From an uncultured Hyphomicrobiales bacterium (GTDB taxonomy: Bacteria > Pseudomonadota > Alphaproteobacteria > Puniceispirillales > UBA1172), in the NCBI GenBank assembly GCA_964580905.1, contig CAZOLR010000003.1, positions 2,237 through 66,236 on the forward strand: DNA of 64,000 nucleotides. The letters run 5' to 3'. The notes beneath the pieces were generated by a model. The model did no database searches. It saw only the letters and a list, made by a program, of their open reading frames with translations, and had not been told where the DNA came from. The position numbers were made by a program, and so were the translations under genes. Shown here piece after piece: positions 51,877-61,934 of this stretch (its first letter is position 1; each line of letters starts with the position of its first letter).

Positions 51877-51963
51877 TATCTGTTTTTAAACGTTATTAAA
51901 ATATTGTAAATTTTTGAATTTCAGGCATCCTGATGGTGGTGAATTCCAGAAGGAGGCCTAATC

Positions 51964-53025
51964 ATGGTGCGATCACCGTCTTCAGCAAAGGCGACAGCCA
52001 AGAAAGCGATCAAGCGGAGGCCCGGGCGTCCGGCCAAGGCATCGCTCTTGCCTGAACCTGATCAGGCGACACTGCTTGAACTTTATGAACAAATGCTCCT
52101 GATCCGCCGGTTTGAGGAAAAAGCCGGCCAGCTTTACGGCATGGGGCAGATTGGCGGTTTCTGTCACCTCTATATTGGTCAGGAAGCGGTTGTTGTAGGC
52201 ATGCAGTCGGTGGCGGAACCAAAAGATACGGTCGTCACTTCATATCGCGATCACGGACATATGCTGGCCTGCGGGATGGACGCCAACGGCGTGATGGCGG
52301 AATTAACCGGCAGGGAAGGCGGTTATTCCCGCGGCAAGGGTGGTTCGATGCACATGTTCAGCCGTGAGAAAAACTTTTTTGGCGGCCATGGGATCGTCGG
52401 AGCTCAGGTGCCTATCGGCATTGGCCTTGCCTTTGCCCATCGCTATCGCAACAGTGATGCGGTGTCGATGACCTATCTTGGTGACGGGGCGATCAACCAG
52501 GGCCAGGTGTATGAAAGTTTCAATATGGCGGCGCTCTGGCAGCTGCCTGTTATTTTCGTGATTGAAAACAACCAGTACGGCATGGGTACCTCGGTGGCAC
52601 GTGCCGCGGCTGGTCGGACATTGTCGGATCGCGGCAAGGCGTATGGAATACCGGGCATGCAGGTTGACGGTATGGATGTGCTGGCGGTTCGGACCGCCGG
52701 GGCTGAGGCGATAGCCCATTGCCGTGAGGGAAAGGGCCCTTACATTCTGGAAATGCAGACCTACCGTTACCGTGGCCATTCCATGAGTGACCCGGCCAAA
52801 TATCGCACCAGAGAAGAGGTCGACGCGATGCGAAAGCAGCGTGATCCCCTTGATCAACTTAAGGAAAGGCTTATCAAAGATGGCGTCAGCGACGAAAAAC
52901 TCCGTGAACTTGACGCGAAGGTCAAGGCCGTGGTTACGGAATCCGCTGATTTTGCGATGAACAGCCCTGAACCTGATCCGGCTGAACTCTGGACAGATAT
53001 TCTGATTGAAGGAGCGGCGGAATGA
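51964..53025 (+). CDS. pdhA: Pyruvate dehydrogenase E1 component subunit alpha
   Basis: 353 aa. TPP motif [27 protein letters not shown] and YRGHSMSDP. Basic N-terminal tail. Confidence 0.95.
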   Translation: MVRSPSSAKATAKKAIKRRPGRPAKASLLPEPDQATLLELYEQMLLIRRFEEKAGQLYGMGQIGGFCHLYIGQEAVVVGMQSVAEPKDTVVTSYRDHGHMLACGMDANGVMAELTGREGGYSRGKGGSMHMFSREKNFFGGHGIVGAQVPIGIGLAFAHRYRNSDAVSMTYLGDGAINQGQVYESFNMAALWQLPVIFVIENNQYGMGTSVARAAAGRTLSDRGKAYGIPGMQVDGMDVLAVRTAGAEAIAHCREGKGPYILEMQTYRYRGHSMSDPAKYRTREEVDAMRKQRDPLDQLKERLIKDGVSDEKLRELDAKVKAVVTESADFAMNSPEPDPAELWTDILIEGAAE

Positions 53026-54410
53026 GCAGTCAAGTCACTATGCCGGCGCTGTCGCCGACCATGACCGAAGGCAAACTCGCGAAATGGCTTGTCCGTGAAG
53101 GGGATGACGTCCGTTCAGGTGACGTGATCGCTGAAATCGAAACCGATAAGGCGGTGATGGAGGTGGAAGCCCTTGATGACGGGAAACTGACATCGATAGC
53201 GGTGCCGGAAGGCACGGAAGGTGTGGCGGTCGGCACAGTCATTGCCATTATTTCCGCTGATGGTGAGGCAGATGACCAGATTGCGTCCGAGCAGCCGCAA
53301 AAGTCTTCAGGCACGGGCACCCCGGCAAAGGCTGAACCATCCGCGCCGGAAAGGCTCAAGCCTGTAGCAAACCCGCCGCAGATAATCCGGCCGGAAGAGC
53401 CGCAAATTCATGGCAATGTCAGGCCGATGACAGTACGTGAGAGCCTCCGTGATGCCATGGCGGAGGAAATGCGCCGTGATGATCGTGTTTTCGTCATGGG
53501 GGAAGAAGTCGGGGAATATCAGGGTGCTTATAAAGTAACCCAGGGTCTTCTGGACGAATTCGGCTCGCGACGTGTGGTGGATACACCGATTACCGAAATG
53601 GGATTTGCCGGACTTGGTGTTGGTGCCGCGTTTGGTGATTTGCGTCCGGTCATTGAATTCATGACCTTCAATTTTGCCATGCAGGCGATTGACCAGATCA
53701 TCAATTCCGCCGCCAAGACACTTTATATGTCAGGTGGCCAGATGGGATGCCCGATTGTCTTCAGGGGGCCGAACGGGGCAGCGTCGAGAGTGGCGGCGCA
53801 GCATTCGCAATGTTATGCCAGCTGGTATGCGCATTGCCCGGGGCTCAAAGTGGTATCACCCTGGTCTGCCGCTGACGCCAAGGGATTGCTCAAATCAGCC
53901 ATTCGTGACCCCAACCCCGTGATCTTCCTTGAGAACGAGGTTCTGTATGGACAGAGTTTTGATGTGCCGGATGACGAAGACTGGCTCATCCCCATCGGGA
54001 AGGCAAATATTGTCCGCCCCGGGGCTGATGTCACGATAACGGCGTTCTCAATCATGGTGGGCAAAGCCCTTGAAGCGGCGGAAATTCTTGCCGGAGAAGG
54101 CATTGATGCCGAAGTGATTGATCTGCGATCGCTACGTCCTCTTGACCATGAAACGATCATGCAATCGGTCCGCAAGACCAATCGTATGGTGTCCTGTGAA
54201 GAGGGGTTTCCGTTTGCGGGCATCGGGGCTGAGCTGATCGCACAGGTGAACGAGCAGGCTTTCGATGACCTTGATGCGCCGGTGGCGCGGGTAACGGGCA
54301 AAGATGTGCCGATGCCTTACGCCGCCAATCTTGAAGCGATGGCGCTTCCTCAGGTGCAGGATATCGTAGAGGCCGCACGGAAAGTCTGCTACCGCGTGAA
54401 GGAGTCCTGA
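53022..54410 (+). CDS. pdhB: Pyruvate dehydrogenase E1 component subunit beta with an N-terminal lipoyl domain
   Basis: 462 aa. Lipoyl domain (..[13 protein letters not shown]..), an Ala/Pro-rich linker, then a transketolase-like E1-beta body. ATGA overlap with pdhA. Confidence 0.95.
   Translation: MSSQVTMPALSPTMTEGKLAKWLVREGDDVRSGDVIAEIETDKAVMEVEALDDGKLTSIAVPEGTEGVAVGTVIAIISADGEADDQIASEQPQKSSGTGTPAKAEPSAPERLKPVANPPQIIRPEEPQIHGNVRPMTVRESLRDAMAEEMRRDDRVFVMGEEVGEYQGAYKVTQGLLDEFGSRRVVDTPITEMGFAGLGVGAAFGDLRPVIEFMTFNFAMQAIDQIINSAAKTLYMSGGQMGCPIVFRGPNGAASRVAAQHSQCYASWYAHCPGLKVVSPWSAADAKGLLKSAIRDPNPVIFLENEVLYGQSFDVPDDEDWLIPIGKANIVRPGADVTITAFSIMVGKALEAAEILAGEGIDAEVIDLRSLRPLDHETIMQSVRKTNRMVSCEEGFPFAGIGAELIAQVNEQAFDDLDAPVARVTGKDVPMPYAANLEAMALPQVQDIVEAARKVCYRVKES
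53040..53246 (+). repeat. Lipoyl-domain coding repeat, copy 1 (pdhB)
   Basis: Collinear without indels with 54428-54634. I count about 10 mismatches in the first 140 nt. Confidence 0.85.
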
Positions 54411-54412
54411 TC

Positions 54413-55690
54413 ATGGCTATTATAACCATGCCGGCGCTGTCGCCGACCATGACCGAAGGCAAGCTTTCGAAATGGCTTGCCCGTGAAGGTGATAACGTGC
54501 GTTCAGGTGACGTGATCGCCGAGATTGAAACCGATAAGGCGGTGATGGAGGTGGAAGCCCTTGATGATGGTGTTCTGGCCCGCATCGGGGTTGCTGAAGG
54601 CACGGAAGGTGTGAAGGTTGGCGCGGCCATTGCTGAAATTCTGGCCGAGGGCGAGGAAAGCCAGTGGGGTAATGAGGGGGGGAGCAATCCTCCGCCGGCA
54701 CCATCGGAGAATGCGCCTGAAGGTAAGAATACCCCGCCTGCAGTCGTGCCAGCAGTCGCACCATCTGCTGATGGTGTCAAGACAGACGGGAAGGATCAGG
54801 TATCTGCGGGGCAGGGACGCATCAAGGCAAGTCCGCTTGCGCGTCGGCTTGCATCGGAACGCGGCATAGATCTTTCAGGTATCCGCGGCAGTGGCCCCAA
54901 CGGAAGGATTATCCGTGCCGATATCGACGCGGTCAGCACAGCTGGCTCCGGGCAACCCGCGACGAAAGCACCGGCCATTCCATCACCTGTGCCATCCGGG
55001 GAAGGGGAGTCAACGCTGGTTGAAAACAGCCAGATGCGCCGGATCATCGCCGAACGGCTCCAGCAGTCGAAGGTTGAGGCGCCTCATTTCTATCTGAATA
55101 TGGATATCGAAATCGATGCCATGCTTGCGGCCCGCAAGGCGCTGAATGCCAACGCACCTGAAGGCGTGAAAGTTTCGGTCAATGATATGATAATCAAGGC
55201 CGCCGCTGTTGCCCTGAAGATGGTTCCCGGGGCCAATGCGAGCTGGGAGGGAACACATACACGGCTTTACAGCCATGCGGATATTGCGGTTGCCGTTGCC
55301 GTTGAGGGCGGGCTGGTGACGCCGATTGTTTCAAGGGCGGAAGAAAAGGGCCTTTATGCTATCTCAAGAGAGATGGTTGATCTGGCGGCACGGGCCCGGG
55401 AAGGCAGGCTTCTGCCCGAAGAATTCAACGGCGGGACATTCACCATATCAAATCTGGGCATGTACGGGATCACATCGTTTTCAGCCGTGATAAACCCGCC
55501 CCAGGGCGCTATTCTTGCCATCGGCGCCGGGGAGGAACGCCCTGTTGCGCGTAATGGCGAGATAAAAATAGCCACCATGATGACCGCCACAATGTCCTGT
55601 GACCATCGGGTTGTGGACGGCGCCATCGGGGCAGAATGGCTGGCAGCATTCAAGCAGGTTGTCGAAAATCCGGTTTTGGCTCTTGGATAA
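54413..55690 (+). CDS. pdhC: Dihydrolipoamide acetyltransferase (pyruvate dehydrogenase E2)
   Basis: 425 aa. Lipoyl domain, E3-binding segment (..SPLARRLA..), and a catalytic DHRVVDGA motif. Confidence 0.95.
   Translation: MAIITMPALSPTMTEGKLSKWLAREGDNVRSGDVIAEIETDKAVMEVEALDDGVLARIGVAEGTEGVKVGAAIAEILAEGEESQWGNEGGSNPPPAPSENAPEGKNTPPAVVPAVAPSADGVKTDGKDQVSAGQGRIKASPLARRLASERGIDLSGIRGSGPNGRIIRADIDAVSTAGSGQPATKAPAIPSPVPSGEGESTLVENSQMRRIIAERLQQSKVEAPHFYLNMDIEIDAMLAARKALNANAPEGVKVSVNDMIIKAAAVALKMVPGANASWEGTHTRLYSHADIAVAVAVEGGLVTPIVSRAEEKGLYAISREMVDLAARAREGRLLPEEFNGGTFTISNLGMYGITSFSAVINPPQGAILAIGAGEERPVARNGEIKIATMMTATMSCDHRVVDGAIGAEWLAAFKQVVENPVLALG
54428..54634 (+). repeat. Lipoyl-domain coding repeat, copy 2 (pdhC)
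   Basis: See copy 1. Confidence 0.85.
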
Positions 55691-55701
55691 AGGAAAAGAC
55701 T

Positions 55702-57102
55702 ATGACCAATCCACGCTATGATGTTGTTGTCATCGGCGGCGGCCCCGGCGGCTATGTTGCCGCGATAAGGGCAAGTCAGCTCGGTCTCAGCACGGCGGTG
55801 ATCGAGCGAGAAAATATGGGCGGGATCTGCCTTAACTGGGGATGTATTCCCACCAAAGCGCTTCTTCGTACGGCTGAGGTAAAGCATCTCATCGAAAACG
55901 CCAAAGATTTCGGCCTCACGGTTGGTTCGGTCACGGCTGATATCGGTGACGTGGTCAAGAGATCACGTAAAGTTGCCTCCAAACTTTCAGCCGGGGTGAA
56001 GCACCTGATGAAGAAGAATTCCATCACGGTGTATGCAGCCTCAGCACGTCTGGGTGACGCGGGCAGCGAAGGCAGGCAGATCGTGCTGGATACAGGTGAG
56101 GTGATCACCGGCGGTGCAGTCATTCTGGCGACGGGAGCAAGGGCGCGGGAGCTGCCCGGCATAGACGTCGATGGCAAATCTGTTGTCACCTATCGTGATG
56201 CCATGACCCCTGAAACGATGCCGAAATCACTCATTGTTGTCGGGTCTGGTGCCATCGGTATTGAATTTGCCTCTTTTTACCGCGATATGGGGGCGGAAGT
56301 GACGGTGCTTGAAGCCGTGGATCGCATTCTGCCGGCGGAAGACAGCGAGATTTCCGCCATGGCCGGAAAAATTCTCAGCCGCAGGGGGATAAATCTGAAG
56401 GTTGGCGTCACAGTCAATTCAGTGAACGCCGTATCAGGCGGGGTTGAAGTGGTGATCGGGAGTGAGGGCCAAACCGATACCCTTAAAGCGGAACGGCTTA
56501 TCCTTGCTGTCGGGATTGTCGCCAATACCGAAGGCCTGGGACTTGAGGGCACGGCGATTGAGCTGGATCGCGGGCATGTTGTCACCGACGAAGTGATGCG
56601 GACAGGTGAGGCAGGGGTTTATGCCATCGGCGATATGACCGGTGCCCCCTGGCTTGCACATAAAGCGAGCCATGAAGGGATAATCGCCGCCGAACATATC
56701 GCAGGACAGCCTGCGGGCCATGGGATCAGCCGTGAAGACATTCCCGGATGCACCTATTGCCGCCCCCAGGTGGCAAGCGTCGGGTTGACGGAACAGGCGG
56801 CCATTGATGCAGGTTATGACGTCAAGGTGGGCCGCTTTCCGTTCAAGGCCAATGGCAAGGCGATAGCCCTTGGTGATGATGACGGGATGATCAAGACGGT
56901 GTTCGATGCTCAGACCGGAGCACTGCTCGGGGCGCATATGATCGGGCCTGAAGTCACGGAGCTTATTCAGGGATATGCCATTGCCCGGAAACTTGAAACA
57001 ACGGAAGAGGAATTGATGCAGACGGTTTTCGCTCATCCGACATTATCTGAGGCAATGCATGAATCTGTGCTTGACGCCTATGGCAAGGCCCTCCATTTCT
57101 AG
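55702..57102 (+). CDS. lpdA: Dihydrolipoyl dehydrogenase (E3)
   Basis: ATG 55702 after the pdhC stop. YDVVVIGGGPGGY FAD motif and a GGICLNWGCIPTK redox disulfide. Confidence 0.95.
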   Translation: MTNPRYDVVVIGGGPGGYVAAIRASQLGLSTAVIERENMGGICLNWGCIPTKALLRTAEVKHLIENAKDFGLTVGSVTADIGDVVKRSRKVASKLSAGVKHLMKKNSITVYAASARLGDAGSEGRQIVLDTGEVITGGAVILATGARARELPGIDVDGKSVVTYRDAMTPETMPKSLIVVGSGAIGIEFASFYRDMGAEVTVLEAVDRILPAEDSEISAMAGKILSRRGINLKVGVTVNSVNAVSGGVEVVIGSEGQTDTLKAERLILAVGIVANTEGLGLEGTAIELDRGHVVTDEVMRTGEAGVYAIGDMTGAPWLAHKASHEGIIAAEHIAGQPAGHGISREDIPGCTYCRPQVASVGLTEQAAIDAGYDVKVGRFPFKANGKAIALGDDDGMIKTVFDAQTGALLGAHMIGPEVTELIQGYAIARKLETTEEELMQTVFAHPTLSEAMHESVLDAYGKALHF

Positions 57103-57127
57103 GGTGTAACCAGAGGAAAACCAGCAT

Positions 57128-58123
57128 ATGACATCGCAACCGGATGATATGGTCGAATTTCGTGGTCAGGGGCTGAAGGGCGCGGCGCGTCATCCTGAAA
57201 AAGCACGAAACGAAGACAGGCCACAGCCACGCCGCCCGGAATGGCTGCGCGTAAAGGCTCCGGTGACCAAAGGGTATCTTGAAACGCGAAACATCATCCG
57301 TGACAATCATCTTGTCACGGTTTGCGAAGAAGCCGCCTGCCCGAATATCGGGGAATGCTGGCAGAAAAAACACGCAACCATGATGATCCTCGGTTCTGTC
57401 TGCACCAGGGCTTGCGCTTTCTGCAACGTCGCGACGGGGCGGCCGGACCGGCTGGATGAGGATGAACCGAACAGGGTGGCGGATGCGGTTGCCACGCTGT
57501 CTCTTGCACATGTGGTGATCACCTCGGTGGACCGTGATGATCTTCCCGACGGTGGCGCCGGGCATTTCGCCCGGACAATCAGGGCTATCCGCGAGAACTC
57601 ACCGGATACCACGGTTGAAGTGCTGACACCGGATTTTCTGAAAAAGGACGGTGCCCTTGAACAGGTTGTTGAGGCACGGCCCGATGTCTTTAACCATAAC
57701 CTCGAAACTGTCCCACGTCTTTATCCCGCGGTAAGACCCGGGGCGCGATATTTTGCCTCCTTGCGGCTTCTTAATGATGTCAAGACACTGGACCCGACGA
57801 TTTTCACCAAATCAGGTATCATGGTCGGGCTCGGGGAAGAAAGGGAAGAGGTTGTGCAGGTGATGGATGATATGAGATCAGCTGACATTGATTTCATGAC
57901 TGTCGGTCAATATCTCCAGCCGACACCGAAACATCATCCTCTGCACCGGTTCTGGACACCGGATGAATTCGACGGGCTGAGCAAGCTTGGCAAAAGCAAG
58001 GGATTTTTGTTGATTTCCGCAACGCCATTGACGCGATCTTCGTATCATGCCGATGAAGATTTCGCCGCCCTCAAATCTGCCCGTATGGAAAAGCTGCATC
58101 AGACGATTTCATCCGCAAAATGA
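57128..58123 (+). CDS. lipA: Lipoyl synthase
   Basis: 331 aa. [12 protein letters not shown] auxiliary cluster motif and a CTRACAFC radical-SAM motif. Confidence 0.95.
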   Translation: MTSQPDDMVEFRGQGLKGAARHPEKARNEDRPQPRRPEWLRVKAPVTKGYLETRNIIRDNHLVTVCEEAACPNIGECWQKKHATMMILGSVCTRACAFCNVATGRPDRLDEDEPNRVADAVATLSLAHVVITSVDRDDLPDGGAGHFARTIRAIRENSPDTTVEVLTPDFLKKDGALEQVVEARPDVFNHNLETVPRLYPAVRPGARYFASLRLLNDVKTLDPTIFTKSGIMVGLGEEREEVVQVMDDMRSADIDFMTVGQYLQPTPKHHPLHRFWTPDEFDGLSKLGKSKGFLLISATPLTRSSYHADEDFAALKSARMEKLHQTISSAK

Positions 58124-58572
58124 CCGTTCATCAGGAAACACGCATTATCCCTCATCGCCCGGCTGACCTCTACGCATTGGTGACCGATGTCAAATCCTAT
58201 CCGGAATTTCTGCCCTGGTGTATGGCGGCCCGGATCAGGGAGAAATCTGATATCCGGCTTGTTGCTGACCTCATCATCGGCTTCCGGCTTTATCGTGAAA
58301 AGTTCACATCTTACGTTGATTGCAATCCGGAAACACTTGAAATAAAAGTTGAATATGCTGAGGGCCCTTTCAAGTATCTTCAGAATTCCTGGTCTTTCCA
58401 TCCCCATGAAAATGGTTGCCGGATCGAGTTTTATGTCGATTTCGAGTTTCAGTCACGGCTCTTTCAGTCGGTGATTGAGACGTTGTTTTCGGAAGCGGTG
58501 CGGAGAATGGTGCGGGCATTTGAAGACCGCGCTGATGAACTTTATCCCCGGCTTGATCTCGAAGCCAGCTGA
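58120..58572 (+). CDS. SRPBCC-fold protein (RatA/COQ10-like polyketide-cyclase family)
   Basis: 150 aa. ATGA overlap with lipA. The lipA-linked position is conserved in alphaproteobacteria. Confidence 0.7.
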   Translation: MTVHQETRIIPHRPADLYALVTDVKSYPEFLPWCMAARIREKSDIRLVADLIIGFRLYREKFTSYVDCNPETLEIKVEYAEGPFKYLQNSWSFHPHENGCRIEFYVDFEFQSRLFQSVIETLFSEAVRRMVRAFEDRADELYPRLDLEAS

Positions 58573-59051
58573 TCAAGCATCATCCCAAGGGCATGGAGTG
58601 TTGCGGCTTGTCTGACCTCAGCCCGGTTACCTGAAAACACCCTATGTTCAGCGATCAGGTTTTTGGACCCATCCATTTCAGATGCCAGCCCGAACCATAC
58701 CAGCCCAACGGGTTTATCCGCCGATCCGCCACCGGGGCCGGCAATGCCGCTGATGGCGAGCGCCATTTTTCCATCATGACTGACCTTGCCAAGGGCGCCT
58801 TCGGCCATTTCAAGAACGACGTTTTCGCTGACAGCACCATAAGTTGAGATCACTTCCTTGCTCACCCCGAGCATGGTTGCCTTGGCTTCGTTGGAATAGG
58901 TGATGAAACCGCGGTCCACCACGGCAGACGATCCGGCGATATCGGTCAGGGCGGCGATGACCATTCCGCCGGTACAGGATTCAGCGGTGGCGATCATGAT
59001 GCCCAGGGATTCAGCCGCATTCAGTACCTTACGTGCGCTGTCCGTGATCAT
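58542..59051 (-). CDS. CinA C-terminal-domain protein (nicotinamide-nucleotide amidohydrolase PncC-like)
   Basis: ..ATAESCTGG.. motif. ATG 59051 gives an ATGA overlap with the pgpA stop; the track start 59066 would overlap it by 19 nt. Confidence 0.8.
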   Translation of the reverse strand: MITDSARKVLNAAESLGIMIATAESCTGGMVIAALTDIAGSSAVVDRGFITYSNEAKATMLGVSKEVISTYGAVSENVVLEMAEGALGKVSHDGKMALAISGIAGPGGGSADKPVGLVWFGLASEMDGSKNLIAEHRVFSGNRAEVRQAATLHALGMMLDQLASRSSRG

Positions 59052-59533
59052 GTCATCATCCCCCACAGGTAAACGGCCAGGATAACAGTAATTCCGGCGG
59101 CGACACCCGCCAGGACGTCATCGGCCATCACCCCTAAAGAGCCGGGCAGTTGTTCCGCCATGCGGACAGGCCCGGGTTTCAGGATATCAAAGAGACGAAA
59201 CAACACGAAAGCTCCGGCAACGGCGAGAAGGTACGGGGCGGAAAAGTCAGGCGGAAGAGGGATGGCCATGATGGCAAGCCACTGGCCGACCACCTCATCA
59301 ATGATCACTTCCCCCGCATCTTTTTTCCCTGTGAGCCTGTAATGCGCTCCGGCGGCGGAAAGCCCGAGGAGAAATGCAATCGCTGTTGTAAGGGCAAACC
59401 AGCCCGGCCCGAATGCGTGAAGGCAAACAAGGCCAAGCGGTAGCGCGGCAAGGGATCCTGCCGTGCCGGGGGCGGGCAGGCGGCCTATCGGGCCGAGGGT
59501 TGCAATAAAGGCCAGTATCCGGTCAGTCATCAT
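59048..59533 (-). CDS. pgpA: Phosphatidylglycerophosphatase A
   Basis: 161 aa with ..LGPIGRLPAPGTAGS.. and a hydrophobic body typical of PgpA. Confidence 0.85.
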   Translation of the reverse strand: MMTDRILAFIATLGPIGRLPAPGTAGSLAALPLGLVCLHAFGPGWFALTTAIAFLLGLSAAGAHYRLTGKKDAGEVIIDEVVGQWLAIMAIPLPPDFSAPYLLAVAGAFVLFRLFDILKPGPVRMAEQLPGSLGVMADDVLAGVAAGITVILAVYLWGMMT

Positions 59534-60755
59534 CAGGTCCGGGGAAATGGGCGGAGATATTTGCCATCACCGCAATGCCTTCACGCCGGCCGGTAAAACC
59601 AAGCCCTTCCGAAGTCGTGGCCTTGACAGATATCCGGTCAGCGGAGAGTTCGAGAATTTCAGCAATTCTGCGCCGCATCGCATCACGGTGGGGGAGAATT
59701 TTGGGAGCTTCCGCGATAATAGTAATATCCGCAAGCGTTATCACCCCTCCTGCCTGATCAACGCGTGCCTTGGCTTCCTTGAGAAACGCCGCGCTGTCCT
59801 TATCTTTCCATTGCGGATCGGAAGGCGGGAAATGCGTGCCGATATCGCCATCACAAAGCAGGCCGAACATCGCATCGGTGAGGGCGTGCAAGGCAACATC
59901 ACCATCAGAATGGGCATCAAACCCGCGGTCATGTTCAATCGCAATCCCGCCCAGCATTATCGGCCCCGGTGCGTCGCTGAAGCGGTGAACGTCAAAACCG
60001 CCGGCGCTGCGCGGTTCACGAAAGTGATTTGCTGCCATCTGGGGGGATACCTCCGGTGTTTCGGGCAAAGGGCGAGGCCAGGTTACGGCGAGCCGTTCGG
60101 CCATCTCAAGATCCGCCTTGTTGGTGATTTTATTGAGTATCGGGTCACCTTCAATCGCCACCACCTTTATTCCGGCATCTTCGGCAAGACTGCTGTCATC
60201 GGTCAGGGGGGAAGCTGAATTCCGGTGAAGTTCAAGAATGGTCCGGAAGGCAAAGGCCTGCGGTGTCTGAACCCGGGCAATGTTTTCACGATCCACCCGG
60301 CCCGCCACCATATTATCTTCCATACGTTTCAGGCTGTCGGCAGGGGGCAGGACGGGAACCGCGGCCTGGGCGCCATTTTCCAGCGCGTTCAGAAGGTTTG
60401 TGATTACCGATGAGGGAACAAAAGGCCGCGCCGCATCGTGGATCAGAACATATTCAGGTTCGGGATCAAGCTTTGCCAGAACTTCGAGGCCATGGCGAAC
60501 GGAAAAGCTGCGTTCTGTCCCGCCTTCGGTGATGATCCATCCGCTGTCTCTGCTGTGCTTCCGGGCGTCGTCGATCGCACCGGCCGCCGCGACAATGACA
60601 CCGCTTGTGATCAGCGGATGGGACATGAAGGCTTCGAGCGCATGACGCATGACCACCGCACCGCCAATCCTGCGCCAGGGTTTGGCTATCTCACCGCCAA
60701 GACGAGTGCTGCTACCGGCGCAGAGCAGAACAACATGTACGCGAGGTGTTTTCAT
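59523..60755 (-). CDS. ispDF: Bifunctional 2-C-methyl-D-erythritol 4-phosphate cytidylyltransferase / 2,4-cyclodiphosphate synthase
   Basis: 410 aa. The N-terminal half is IspD-like (..LLCAGSSTRLG..). The C-terminal half is IspF-like (..DVHRF.., ..HSDGDVALHAL..). Confidence 0.9.
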   Translation of the reverse strand: MKTPRVHVVLLCAGSSTRLGGEIAKPWRRIGGAVVMRHALEAFMSHPLITSGVIVAAAGAIDDARKHSRDSGWIITEGGTERSFSVRHGLEVLAKLDPEPEYVLIHDAARPFVPSSVITNLLNALENGAQAAVPVLPPADSLKRMEDNMVAGRVDRENIARVQTPQAFAFRTILELHRNSASPLTDDSSLAEDAGIKVVAIEGDPILNKITNKADLEMAERLAVTWPRPLPETPEVSPQMAANHFREPRSAGGFDVHRFSDAPGPIMLGGIAIEHDRGFDAHSDGDVALHALTDAMFGLLCDGDIGTHFPPSDPQWKDKDSAAFLKEAKARVDQAGGVITLADITIIAEAPKILPHRDAMRRRIAEILELSADRISVKATTSEGLGFTGRREGIAVMANISAHFPGPDDD

Positions 60756-60834
60756 AGGGTCTTTATAGCGTGTCCTGCGGGTTTTTCCATCATCAGATCA
60801 AAAATCCCATGTTTATCTTGCCCTGTTGAGCTAC

Positions 60835-60877
60835 TGCCTCTATTTTAGGCAGATAAATTTTGCCTAAAAATTAGGCA
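60835..60877. promoter_or_regulatory. Array of TTAGGCA/TGCCTAA half-sites that form two overlapping inverted repeats upstream of dusB-ntrBC
   Basis: TTTTAGGCA (60843-60851) pairs with TGCCTAAAA (60861-60869). TGCCTAA (60861-60867) pairs with TTAGGCA (60871-60877). A degenerate TGCCTC lies at 60835-60840. Confidence 0.45.
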
Positions 60878-60893
60878 TAAAACAGGGTTTCTT

Positions 60894-61934
60894 ATGCGGC
60901 ACCAACTTTCCATCGGCAATATAACCTTGCCCGCGCCGGTTATACTGGCCCCCATGTCCGGGGTCACCGACTGGCCGTTCCGCCGGCTTGTGCGGATGCT
61001 GGGGGGAGGGCTGGTTGTATCGGAAATGGTGGCTAGTCAGGCCATGATCAGCGGTGTTTTATCTGAAATGCGAAAGCTTTCATCTGATGCGGCGGCTGAA
61101 TATCCGTTTTCGCTTCAGTTGGCGGGATGGGATCCTTCGGTCATGGCTGAAGCAGCCAGGGTCGGCGCGGATATGGGGGCGGCGATCATCGATATCAACA
61201 TGGGTTGTCCGGCACGAAAGGTCACGGGCAAGCTTTCAGGTTCAGCCCTTATGCGTGATGAAGATCTTGTCGGGCAGATCCTTAAATCTGTGCGCAAGGC
61301 CGTGGATATTCCCGTTACCGTCAAGATGAGGCTGGGCTGGGATGACAGCATGCGCAATGCCGCCAAACTTTCGCGAATGGCCGAAGATGAGGGCTTTGCC
61401 ATGGTGGCCGTCCATGGCCGAACACGCTGCCAGTTCTACAAGGGGGATGCGGACTGGGCGGCGGTTGCGGAAGTCCGGGATGCCATCTCGATACCGCTGT
61501 TTGTGAATGGTGATATCAGCACGCTTGATGATGTGGATGAAGCGTTGAGCCTTTCCGGGGCTGATGGGGTCATGATCGGTCGTGCCGCGATGGGCAAGCC
61601 TTGGTTTATTCATCAGGCGGGCTGTCATCTTAACGGTGAGGATGTGCCGGATGATCCGTCTCTTGCTGCGCGTCACGATATCATGCGTCAGCATCTTGAC
61701 CTGATGCTCTCCCATTACGGGAATGACGGGCTGCGGCTGGCCCGTAAGCATATTGCCGCCTATACAAAGGGGCTGGCCGGATCTGCCCTGATGCGTCAGA
61801 TCGCCAACAACACCGGTGATGCCGCCCGGGTTTTTGAGGCCATAGATCAGTATTTTGAAAAGCTGAGAGAGGCTGAACTCCCGGGTCAATCCTCCGGCAC
61901 CAGTCAGGTCAGGGGCGGGGCGGAGGCTGCGTGA
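60894..61934 (+). CDS. dusB: tRNA-dihydrouridine synthase B (NifR3 family)
   Basis: 346 aa with ..LAPMSGVTDWPFR.. and ..DINMGCP... First gene of the conserved dusB-ntrB-ntrC unit. Confidence 0.9.
   Translation: MRHQLSIGNITLPAPVILAPMSGVTDWPFRRLVRMLGGGLVVSEMVASQAMISGVLSEMRKLSSDAAAEYPFSLQLAGWDPSVMAEAARVGADMGAAIIDINMGCPARKVTGKLSGSALMRDEDLVGQILKSVRKAVDIPVTVKMRLGWDDSMRNAAKLSRMAEDEGFAMVAVHGRTRCQFYKGDADWAAVAEVRDAISIPLFVNGDISTLDDVDEALSLSGADGVMIGRAAMGKPWFIHQAGCHLNGEDVPDDPSLAARHDIMRQHLDLMLSHYGNDGLRLARKHIAAYTKGLAGSALMRQIANNTGDAARVFEAIDQYFEKLREAELPGQSSGTSQVRGGAEAA

Noticed and set aside
58120-58572. The RatA-like SRPBCC gene as a toxin of a toxin-antitoxin pair.
   Set aside because: There is no small partner gene. 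It overlaps lipA by ATGA in the conserved alphaproteobacterial lipA-COQ10-like arrangement, so a ubiquinone/lipid-binding role is more plausible.
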